Source: Lepidodermella squamata
Taxonomy: Eukaryota > Animalia > Gastrotricha
Assembly (NCBI GenBank): GCA_047495785.1
Contig: JBLDXI010000009.1
Coordinates: forward strand, 1,674,001-1,738,000
Direction: 5' to 3'
Length of the DNA stretch: 64,000 nt
A model generated the notes under the pieces. It saw only the letters and a program-made list of their open reading frames with translations. It had not been told where the DNA came from and did not search any database. This document shows positions 52,603 to 64,000 of the stretch, one piece after another. A program made the position numbers and the translations under genes. Numbering within the stretch: the first letter of the stretch is position 1; each line of letters begins with the position of its first letter.

Positions 52603-53143
52603 GTGAAAAAACTAATCAAAACCATGAACTGACGTACTTTTTGTGATTATATTGTAATATGGTTGTTGCATCTCTGTTTTCACCGTTATTTTCATTACTT
52701 TCAACCAGCCAAAATCCGGTATCCACTGGATGTCTTGCTTGAGAAACGCTTATTTTACGATAAGTGCTTGATATTTGTAGCCATGGGCAATATTTTATTC
52801 ACATATCTTGCCGTAATTGGCTCTAAATTGATTATAATTCATTATTTATCCAAGCGTTGCAATATGATAAAATTGAATAAAAATTAAAGATGAATTTTCC
52901 GAGAAAGCCGTTCCAGTGCCAGTTGCGGAGGATCTGCTGATATTTTTTGCTGTGGTTCTTCGAAGTCTTCGGATTCAAACCCTGGGATTCAGAGGCAGAG
53001 CTCCACGAGCGATTCTGTGTTTAAAGCTTTCCATCGGAGTTTCAAAACTGCTCAGTAGGATTTAATGCAAAAAATGTTTTTTTTTCTTATAGATATTTGC
53101 GATACTTGATATTTTTCTGGTTATTACTGAAGAGACCTGAAAG

Positions 53144-56100
53144 ATGCCGGGAAAAAAGAAGGTATTGAGTTATGTTCATCTAATCTACTACCGCTAATCT
53201 CAGTGCCATGTTAAAAAATGAAATAACTAATCAAAAATTCTAATTAAGGAACACTTTAATCTATCATAGCATTCATGCAGTATTCTGGATACTTATTAAT
53301 TCTGATGTTTACAGGGTCGTGGATCTGGTATATCGAACCAGCCTCCATCGCGCCCTACGACTGCTGTAGACCGAGGCCCTGCGTTTAACCCAGATGATTT
53401 CCCAACTCTTGGAGGTGCAGCACCTCCCCAGCCAATCGCGGCCGCTGTTGCTCCTCCTTTGGCTGTAGGTCGAGGCAGAGGGAGAGGATCGACCCAAAAG
53501 GTTACGTCGAGTGTTGGCCAGGAAAGACCTGCTACGTCACTGGCGGCTGTCGCTCCGGCTGAGCGAGCACCGTTACCGGCTCAGCCCCCGGTCCGCCGAC
53601 CTGCTTCACCCGTGAAGGTCGAAGAGCTTGCTGAGCAATTTGAGGATGTTTCCCTATCAAAACTTGGTATGTTTACTTCCTTAATGCCTCGCTCAATCGA
53701 TATCATTGCTTTTTTGAAGTTCCGATCAGCCGTCCGATGAAAGGGAAGGAGTATCAAGTTTGCAAGCTGGGTCGCTTGATAAAACTTCGAACGAACCACT
53801 TTGAAATCGTTTTGGATGAGAGCAAGGGCCAGATCTACGTCTATGATATCACGTTATCGCCAGCATGTACCAAATTGAAGCAGCGTCAAATTCTCGACGC
53901 TGCCTGGCGAGACCCGAAGAATTTGTTCAAATTAAACACGAATCAGGGCCGTATTCCTGGCTACGGTTACGACGGAAATGTCAACTTGTTCACTAGTTGT
54001 AAACTAGATTCGGTTGTTGGAACTGAAATCCTCTACAAGCCTCTAAATGAACAAGCCAAGAAGCCTTATTCCATCAAAATAAACAAGCTGACCGCAATCC
54101 GAAATGTTCATGATATAATGGATGCTAAGGTGGATGAAGATACGAAAGCAGCGGTTGTCAATGCTCTTGACATCATAATGATGACCCGGGCAAAACTCGA
54201 GTAAGCTACCACCTTAACTCGATTTGCTGAATTATTTCTTGTTCTCTAAATTTCAGGCACGGAGCGTCATTGAAGCGTTCCTTCTACTATCAACCGAATC
54301 CGATGAGCCCGTTCTACATCAGTAAGCAGGAGAAGGAAATTTGGGCTGGGTTTTACACGTCGGCTAAACCTGGTCAATGGTCTCTTACTCTTAATGCAGA
54401 CGGTTAGTAGCATCACAGCTGCCTTAATTCGGATTTTAAATTATGTTTTTTTTTCGCAGTAACTGCAACTGTTGTTATCGCTTCGTACACTTTCTTGGAG
54501 CTCTACGATTTCTGCAAAACAAGAGTCGCTGATATGAATGCGTATTTGAATAAGCAAAAGAAGAACCTGAAGGTTTTGATTCAGTTCGGGCAAACAAAAA
54601 AATCGAAACAAACACGCACTTTCGATAAAGTTGTGTTGAAGTCGGCTAAAGATCACACGTAAATATCAATTCCTAACTTCATTTTGCGTATAATTTCACT
54701 CTTTTGTCATCTCAAGATTTGATATAATGGCAAGATGGTCAACATGGTCCAGTATTTCAAAGACGAATATGGAGAGACCATCAAAAACCCAACTTTACCC
54801 TTGGTTCAGGTAAACAATTTTTCGTAAGATCAATGCTAAAATATTATTTTCATGATTTCTTTAGATTAAATCGGGGAGAGGAATCGTTTACTACCCGATG
54901 GAGTATTGCTCGATTTTGCCGGGCCAGTTCACCGTCGGCCAGCTGGAATCAATGGAACAAAGTGATTTGGTGAAATACATCAATACAATGGGACCTGCTG
55001 ACCGTGCCAAGAAGACGTCAGATGATTTGAGGCAGAAGTTCATGACACCGGAACAAGTCGCTCTCCTCAGCGAATATGGCATCAAGGTGTCGCCAAATGC
55101 GATGAAAGTGCAGGGACGAGTTTTGCCGCCCGTCACTGTGAAGGCTAAACGAGGCAATATCGACGTTGATTTGCCGTGTGATGCAAGAACGGCATCGTTC
55201 CGACCTCAAGGAACCAGTTTTTATAAACTTCCACCGTCAGGTCTTGGCGCATGGGCTGTTGTCAAGACGACTAATATCACCCAACGCGACATTGATGAAT
55301 GGGTCTCTACATTTTGCCAGATTTTGCGATCAAAAGGTACTGGAAGTGTCATTATTTCGGATTATTTCGCAAATATTTTTCCAGGAATCAATGCCCCAGC
55401 CCCAGTTAAATTCATCGAAGCGAGACAAGTTCGGGACATTGAGAAAATATTTGCTGACTTGAAGAGCAGCGGCATTCAATTCGCGCTATTTTTCGTCGAA
55501 AAAGGCGGTTTTTTCTACGGTAGAAATGAGCCTCATCTAATTGAATATTTATGAAAGCTGTGGATTTTAGGTGCTATCAAACAGCAGGGCGACCGTCAGT
55601 ACCAAATCGCGACGCAGTGTGTTGACGCGAGAAACCGCCGCTTCAAAGACCCTTCTTACATCGAAAACGTCATTTTGAAGGTGAATGTTAAGCTGGGTGG
55701 CATCAACCACGTTTTGTCTAGCAAATCGTTCACCGATCAAAAATTGCCGCCGTTGTTTGATGACGATGTCTTAGTAATCGGGGCTGATGTCACGCACCCT
55801 GGGCGGGATGAGGTTTCGAAGCCGTCTATCGCTGCTGTGGTCGGAAGCATTGATAAAACTGCGGCGAAGTATGTCGCGGTTATCACACCACAAGCTCGTT
55901 CGGCTAAGGTGGATCAAGTCCAAACGCAAGAATGGATCTCGGATTTAGCCGCGACTATCAAGAGCTTGCTACTGGCTTATCATAAACACACAAATAAAAA
56001 GCCGAAAAAGATCATTTTTTACCGCGACGGAGTTTCGGAAGGCCAGTTTACGATCGTCCTTCAAAAGGAACTCACCCAAATTCAAAAGGTAAGCTGAGCT

Positions 56101-56689
56101 GACAAGGCAAATCGATTAATTTTTATGAATTTTATTAGGCCTGTCGCGAGCTTGAACAGGGCTATGAACCAGCTATAACCTACATCGTTGTTCGAAAGCG
56201 AATCAAAACCAAGCTGTACGCTGAGGAGGTTGAGAACAGAATCACTCAAGTTCCACCTGGAACTATCGTTGAGGTGGATATAACTCAGCCGTCCAAGTTT
56301 TTCGACTGTTTCATGGTCCCCCATCACTCGCCCCTGGGCACCGCAAGACCCAGCCATTACGTTGTCCTATATGATGATTCGAAATTCAGCCCTGACGAAA
56401 TTGCTTACATGAGTTTTTGTCTTTGCCATCTCTTTCCGAGATGCACGAAAGCAGTTTCGCTACCCGCTCCAGTATACCACGCGCATTTAGCCGCAGATCG
56501 AGCTAACCAGCACCTTGCTGTAAGAAAATAATTCGAGTGATAATTTTTTTTACTTGGATTTAATTTCAGGGGAAACCTCCGCCGGATGTTGTCGAAGATG
56601 TAGTAAGGCAGCGAAAAATCTTGCTTGACCATGCGAACAACGCAACGCGAATGGAAATCAACAAGAGCCTGCCTAATTATTGGCTGTAA
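53144..56689 (+). CDS. AGO: Argonaute C (AGO clade), tandem paralog of B, intact
   Basis: MPGKKK micro-exon, same motifs and nearly the same intron positions as B, extra intron at ~56089-56138, final exon 56570-56689 ending PNYWL*. Confidence 0.95.
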
Positions 56690-56938
56690 AGCGTGTAAAC
56701 TACTGGAGAGACTCTCTGACCTTGTTTTTTGTGTCACTCATATTCAAGCTAGAATATCTGCAATAACCATTGCTCGAAAATTGAGATTTTTGTTATTCTT
56801 GCACACTTTTTCATGATTCGGTGAAACTGCTTGCCCGCTTCGGCTCGAAATAAATATTTGTACATCATTTATCCAAGGTGTCTAATAAATATTATAACGG
56901 CAAACCTTTGTCTTTCTGTAGCTAAATTAATTTAAGAA

Positions 56939-59031
56939 ATGTTACCATCGTTAGCCGCCCATAAAGCTGTCCTGTCTATGCTCATGTCGGATCAGCACAA
57001 TCTAGGTACTTCGAATATCTTCAAAATAAATTATCTTCAATGTTGAACGTTATTTAGAATGCGGGGGAGTTGATCAGAAATCAAATATCAGTTATTTAGC
57101 ATCATTCAAAGTCGCAGCAAACCTATCTAATCTAGAGGCAGTCTTCCGAGCGTTGAAAAGCGATCGACGCAGCGAGCCTATTATAAGCCGTGAGAAAATA
57201 GAAGATGAAGATTTTCTCGCCCTGAGCTCGTGGAATGGCCACGTGGCATGCATTTCATTCCTGCTGAAAGGAAATGAAGCAACACCCTCGCCATTGCTGG
57301 CTCAATTCTGCCGAATCGATAGCCGAACTCATTTACCTGGCCATTCAAATCTTGCAAGCGGAAATACCGAAACCGAGGTTGCATTAAACTTTTAAGGAGG
57401 ATTTAATTTGTAATAATTTTTTTTAGGTTGTTGTCAATTTTCACTCTGAAATTATTGACTGCCTTAAAAAATCGACATTTGCTGGCGAGGCGTTGCTAAG
57501 CAACGAAACCGGCCTGGACGCCGTGGCCAGGGCAATTTGCGCCGCTGCGGAAAATGCCCATGTCGACATAACAACCCGGTTATGCGAATTAGCCAATCAA
57601 AAACTCGGCTCCTCACCTGTACCCCCGTACTACTTCATCAAGGCCATGGTCATCGCCGCCGCAAAGGGGTGTCTAAAACTCGTCGAGCTGTTCCACGACG
57701 TGTATTATGTCCCGCTCAATGCGGAGGACGAGCGGGGTAACTGCGCGTTGACTATCTCAGCGGCAAACGGGCATAAATTGATCGTTGATTACGTCATCGA
57801 ATGCGGGTCATTCGACGTCAATAATTTCGAAGAGCGCCAGCGTCTAGGCACACCGCTGATTTTAGCAGCTCAAAACGGGCACGAAGACGTGGTCGCCCTG
57901 TTGCTAGACGCTGGTGCTGATATTGAAACGCGTGACCCATCCGATTTTACCGCCTTAATGCTAGCGGCCCGAAACGGTCACGGTCGAACTATTCGACTGT
58001 TGTTAGACAGAGGCGCTCATTTGAAGGCTAGGACTGCAACTGGCTGGACTGCTTTGATGTTGGCTGTCTATCACGGCGTTGCGTTTTCGACCTTGAAACT
58101 GCTAATAATCGACGAGGATACGGATTTTAATTTGAACGCAACGACCCGAGACGGCAATAATTTACTGATTTTATCCGGTTTTTCCGGTAATTTGGATATT
58201 TTGAAGTATTTGCTGGACCACGGCGCTGATATTACGGCGGAGAATGATGATGGGGTCAATGTGTTGATGGCAGCGGCGAAAAATGGCCGGGAAGAGATGG
58301 TTCGGTTCATTTTCGGCGCAGTTTCAAAGGGCGAAATCGAATTTTTGATCAATCGATGTGACAATAAAAATTACACCGCCTTAATGTACGCCGCAGAACA
58401 GGGTTTTGATGCGATTCTATCGATATTAATTCACTACGGGGCTGACGTCAATCGCGCCGTCGTGAAAACTGGCACAACCGCCCTGATATTAGCGGTTGAA
58501 AAACGCCATGAAAAAACTGCGAGAATTTTAATTGAAGCCGGGGCTAAAGTTAATTGCCGATCGAATTCGGGCTGCACGCCGTTGATGATCGCGGCTCGTG
58601 ATGATAATCTAGCTCAACTTGTGCGATTGTTGATCGAAAAAGGTGCTGAAATTAACGCCGTGGATCTGGACGATGGTGTCACCCCGTTGCTGATCGCAGC
58701 ATATCGAGGCAATCTATTCGTCACTCGAGTTTTGTTGGAAAAAGGGGCGGATTTTACGGTCTGCGATAAGCTGGGCTGTCATTGTTTGATGCTAGCAGCT
58801 CGAGGCGGTCATGCGGCGTTGACGGAGGAGCTCCTATCCCGGCCTGATTTGAAATATCAGCTTATTAACAAGCCGGATTTTGAAGGTCGAACGGCGTTGA
58901 GTTACGCACAATTTCGAAATTTCGACGAAGTCGCTCGAGTTCTCGTTAAACACGGAGCTGGTAAATTTCACATTTTTTCGCAAAAACTGTCATACTTTTT
59001 TGTTTTCTTCGCAGTTGCAGAGAACCAATAA
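56939..59031 (+). CDS. Ankyrin-repeat protein (roughly a dozen repeats), 4 exons
   Basis: In-frame exons 56939-57005, 57058-57377, 57427-58960, 59015-59031; repeated G.TPL..AA..G...V..LL..GAD motifs. Confidence 0.88.
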
Positions 59032-60525
59032 CCGATCTGAATGATCAAGCTGGCAATCTTTTAACGCAAAAGGACTTAATTTGTTGGACCTGTTTTTTTC
59101 ACGATAAACTATGATCTGAGAAGCATAACACATCTTGTAAAACAATATTGCTCAATAAAAATATGCCGAACGTCGCTTGAAATTGAGGAAGTTTTCGCCT
59201 CTGTAAAGCGTGCGTGATTTTCATGCTTTTAAGATCACGAAAAATTAGAAAAAGGGCATTGGACCAAGTCTTCAAGTGTTTATTAGCAGGGAATTCCAGA
59301 GGCGCTCGAATATTCGTCGGTCCAGTATCGCTATTGGTTGGTTTGAATATTATAATTATTTTTACCAATTATAGGCCAATTACCAAAGCGCCGCTTGGGC
59401 AAGAACAATAAGCGGTTAGGCCGATCGCGGAGAGTGATGTGTCGTTTTGGATGGTCCCCGACAGAGTACGCTTTCCGCCACGCTCACAGCAACAACCCGC
59501 CTTGCAAATCAGTGAAGAAAGGAGCCCTTTGCTGAATACACATAATCACTGGAAAATCTTACAGGGCCGAGACCAACATTGGCGCTCAGGCAGTCGTAGA
59601 TCGTGGGGTAGGGCCCGCCTTCCTGAAAGGTCATTCCATTGGTTCTATCAGAGCACGCTAAGAGTAATTTGAAACTCACTGGCTTTGGGCTCAAGTCGAA
59701 AAGAGTGCATGCCGTACCAACGATCTCAACGGGACGGCAGGTTATAGCTGGGATCGGCGAAAGTGAATTTTCAGACTGAGTCAAACATCTGACAAAGCTG
59801 GTATATTTTTTCTGCAATGATATATTTTTTAAAAGTTGAATCAATCAATTCACAAAATCACAGCTGTGATGTTGTAGTAACAATCGTTGTAGTTTTCGTA
59901 TGTTCCGAGCTGCAACATTATTTACATCAATAACCCATGCATCTTTACAGTAGAGGGATTCGTACCTGGAAGTAGCGTCTGTCTACAGTAACATATTCGA
60001 ACCTACATTCTAGAGTGCGGGATAAGCCGTTGACTAGAGGCCAAGTACTTGTCATGATATAGTAGCCAATAAATTTGCTCTGCGCAGAAAAATCTAGCAA
60101 GTACAACTTAAGTTCGTTTTCAAACTCACCGAATAGGTGTCGCACTCGCTGAACGTGAATATTCGACCAGCGGCCGATGGCAGCTGCCGATTCAGGCTAT
60201 AGATTTTTCGCAACGGATGTAATATAATGTTACCGGAACTTCTTCTAGATTTCCCGTGTTTGAATTATAGCAACCCAATTCCATCGGCCTGCATACTAAA
60301 GCGCTACTGCGGACGCATATCTTGTATTTGACCTATTGAAATGTTAGCCGACCAGTTTTCGTTGAAAGCATTGGGAAAATCAGAAATCCAACTCACCGCT
60401 TTCAGGTTTTCTGCCATATACAAAAGTTCATGTTTGTAGTCACGCTGTTTAGGCAGTAAGCTTCCAATATCGGCGTTTTGCGAATACAAGTAAGGTGAAG
60501 TAGTCTAGAATGGAATTTGTGTCTT

Positions 60526-60886
60526 CCTGTTACCGGAACCAAATTTGCTGTATCGGAACCAAATATGCTGTTAGCGGAACCAAATTTTAGAATTTTCTAG
60601 TGGCCTGAAATCGCTTTTCGGATATTTATTGCATGTCAAAATTGGTCCCAATAATTCTAGAAAATTCACCAGTGAATTCAGCGCAACATTCTCTATAAGA
60701 CGCAGTGTTCAATTCAGAATTCATGCTTAGCCTAAAATTCTTAGAAATATTCAAAAAATGACTCTTGGCATATTTCGAGTTTGGTTCCGCAAAAAGCAAA
60801 TTTGGTTCCGCTACAGCATATTTGGTTCCGATACAGCAAATTTGGTTCCGCTCACTGTAAATTTGGTTCCGCTAAAAGATATTCCC
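60526..60886. mobile_element. MITE-like element with inverted arrays of ~20-bp CGGAACCAAAT units
   Basis: Three units at 60533-60588, five inverted units at 60780-60872; possible 8-bp TSD TGTGTCTT at 60518-60525 and 60887-60894; extreme termini do not match well. Confidence 0.7.
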
Positions 60887-63348
60887 TGTGTCTTTTGTTT
60901 GTGACCGTTATATGGTATCCCTAGTTTTACATGTTTTACATGCTTTAGCATTCAGTGTTACCGTCAAATGACAAGTTTGACCGAAATGCTAGAGTTATGT
61001 GGTTGTTGGGACCCGAGTCCGAAACGTGCCCGACCGCCCTCTGGCGTACCCGATCCCGACCGGGAAGCAGTATTTTGCCTGTCCATAACTGTTACTAAGT
61101 AATACCTATAGCTAGATTACAACTCTTAGTTTGCAGTTGAATCGTATTTGGATTGTGAGAATCTCACCCCGATATTGATCTGCACTTGTCCAGATTTGCA
61201 TCCAGCAGGAGCGATGTGATCGTAACCGGGCACAATCTCGAAATACGCCAAACAATAGTCGGATGCAGGCTGGTAACATGGAACTGCAACCTATCAAAAA
61301 TATATTGTTACCAAACTTTCTGCGGTATACATAATCAATTATTAAGCACTAAACACTGTTCCCGTAATGGTATTATAATGCCAACTCGGTCGGGCTGGGC
61401 TCCAATTACTGGAATGGTCGAAGCCTACCCCAGGTTAAGTCTAAATGTATAATTCTCGAATTTATTGCCTCAGATTCATCTTATCCTCTTATCCTCATCC
61501 ATCGAAACATAGAATAATGCTTGAATAATGTGGCTTCCATCAGGCAATAACGGAAATACGTTAGAAATCCACGAAAAATACTTACGTATAATGAGGACAG
61601 GCAGGCGCTCTCAGTATCGTAGTTGACAGCCGATGTGAAATTGAGCTGTTCAGTTACATTTGTAAAAATTACGTGTTCGAACAATGTCGGAACAAAATTA
61701 AAAATTCCCAAAATTAAAAATGATAAAGCTGCGCGGCTGGGTTTGCGTGATAGTAATCTTCTATAAATAGCTTTGCTACTTTTTAGTAGCTATAAATATG
61801 TTTAGCTCACCCAGAGCATTATTACGTGGGCGCGTCAGAAGAATTTGTGGAAGCGCCATTAGTATTGCGGGGTTTGCGCAAACTCACTCGGAATTCACCG
61901 GCGCGACAATTATTGGCACGGCAGAATGGATAGGCACCATCTGAGCAACGGATCCATTTACCTGTGGATGACTGGATTTCCACAAATAACATAAAAAATG
62001 GCTGATAGTACAATATTACTGTAGCAATCGTTGCCGATTTCACTGTATTCAAGAAAGACAAGCATTTGTCTATTGAGTCGTAAGTTGTCGAGCTATACTG
62101 TTCAATTGAAAGCAGGCAAGGCAAAAAGGTATATCGAATTGGCGGGTCTTCAGAAACTGGGGTAACCTGAGCGGCGAAGCGCAAAGCTTCCGAACAGCCA
62201 GGAACAGCTGGTGTACACGTTAAGGAGTCATTGCCGTAGATACAAATTGCGTAGCGCTGCAAAATCTCCACGGTTCATCAAGCTGAAAAGCCATGAGAAA
62301 AATACCTGGGTAAACTTCTGGCATACAGTTTGATCAGAGAATTTGTCAGAGATCTGAAAAGGCGAAAGGCTTTCTAATTAGCTAGCTATTCAATTTTCAA
62401 AATATTACAGCAGTCTCGCCTGATTGGCAGCTATCCGGTCGGCAAGTTCCAACTCCGTTAGCGTAGCACTGTACGAACTTGTCATAATTTTCGTTTTGAG
62501 AACTAGTTTATTGGAGAGTCATAGATATTCACCATACGACGAATTACTGGCGCTGTATTTGCGTCGAAAGATGGGCCACTCGGGGAGCATGCCTCCACAA
62601 TCGGCCAGATCAAGTAACCGTATATTGCCAGAAGTAGAATATCGATTATCCAAAAATGCATTTCAACTTTTATAACGATAATATCGAGAGTATATAATCA
62701 GCGTTATACCCGTTATACACAATGGCGATACATCAGTGAAACAATTGAAATTTCAATCTCGTTCTGGCTGCTCTACAACGGCAAGAAACTCGTGTAACAG
62801 CAATTTGAGAAATGCGCCATTCTATAGAAGTTTTATTCTCTTTCCGTTACTACGCACTAGCAATACTATGACGCTCTCGTATGCAGTAGTTACAAAATAA
62901 GATTCCCGAAGTCGCTGCACGAGGATGCGTAATAAAGTTAATACTAAAATATGAATTCACATCCGGCTTCCCTTCTAATTTTGACCGCCTTTTATACATT
63001 AGCAACAGATGCAGAAATTAACTTATCACCTCAATATTCTTCACTTTTAGGCACCTTAAGGAAATATCTAATTTAATCCGCCGAATTTCTGATTCGTTGC
63101 AGCTGACTGTCAGAATGCTTTGCGAACGAATTGATGTCGTAACAAATTAACCCAGAAAAGACAACTGGATCTTGTGCATGGTTTCCAATTATTATAGAAA
63201 AAAACTGGAAAATAACATTATCAATGAATGCTGATAATTTTGCGGACGCGTGGCGAATGCACAAAAAACCATCCATCATCCAATTTTTGTGATAAGAAAA
63301 CGCTCTATTTTTACCACATTTTAGTCAGATATAAAAGTCGAATAACTG

Positions 63349-64000
63349 ATGGCCTCGCAAGGTATCTTGTACGATGACCCTGCAGCAGTCTACAAGAGTG
63401 TTCAAGACTATTACGGCCGGGTTCTCAGTAAGACATCTGACTTGAAGACACCTGCTTGCTGCACGGCGGGTCGGCCTCCGCAACACATTCAAGACATCCT
63501 GTCGAAAATCCCACGTGAAATCACTGACAAATATTATGGCTGCGGCACTCCACTGCCAGTCGGCATCGAAGGCCTTAAAGTGCTTGATTTAGGTCTGTAT
63601 TCTCTTGGCCTGATTCTTTGAAACTTTATTAACTATTAACAGGTAGTGGGAGTGGTCGCGACTGCTATTTGGCAGCTGCTTTGGTTGGACCAAACGGCCA
63701 TGTTACGGGTGTTGACATGACCCCAGAGCAAGTCAGCGTTTCAAAAGCTCATATCGATGAGTACAGCAAATCACTGGGCTATTCCAAGCCTAATCTCACC
63801 TTTGTTGAGGGCTACATTGAGTTCCTAGAGAAAGCTGGCATTCAGCCAGGTACTTGGACATGATTTTAGTAGCCCGACTATTAGTTCGTTGATAGGTTCG
63901 ATCGACCTTGTCATTTCCAACTGTGTCATCAACTTGTCACCCGACAAGAGGCGTGTTCTTCACGAAGTCTACAAAGCCCTACGTCCCGGCGGCGAATTCT
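63349..64000 (+). CDS. AS3MT: Arsenite methyltransferase, 5' part (runs off the window)
   Basis: VQDYYG..L.KTSDLKT.AC, YYGCG, VLDLG|[31 protein letters not shown]; introns ~63593-63642 and ~63850-63894. Confidence 0.95.

Noticed and set aside
24494-56689. PIWI-clade or prokaryotic Argonaute defence system
   Set aside because: GADVTHP and RDGVSEGQF are AGO-clade signatures, and the genes have spliceosomal introns.
60533-60872. CRISPR-like 20-bp repeats
   Set aside because: Adjacent units without spacers in two inverted blocks; transposon subterminal repeats.

Overview
Eukaryotic genomic DNA from a compact-genome invertebrate animal (GT-AG introns mostly ~50-60 nt; species not identifiable from sequence alone). 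Gene order: first coding exon of an unknown secreted protein (-), MTMR3/4-type myotubularin-FYVE phosphatase (-), C17orf75/Njmu-R1, GAK/auxilin, METTL16, an unusual EGF + mucin-stalk + Cys-loop ion channel, Argonaute A (one in-frame TAG), a Patched-related protein (-), a small prohormone-like gene, a thioester protein (TEP/A2M), a repeat-rich interval (tRNA-derived SINE with TSD; LINE ORF1+endonuclease remnant interrupted by a MULE-like foldback MITE with 10-bp TSD), PRPF6, tandem Argonautes B and C, an ankyrin-repeat protein, a second MITE in degraded sequence, and the 5' part of AS3MT. Main leads: three divergent AGO-clade paralogs with intact DEDH slicer tetrads and N-terminal RG/DFPTLG motifs; operon-like gene chains with apparently unpaired splice acceptors (possible SL trans-splicing); and the stalked orphan pentameric channel. 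All exon structures were read by eye and family assignments rest on recalled motifs, not database searches.
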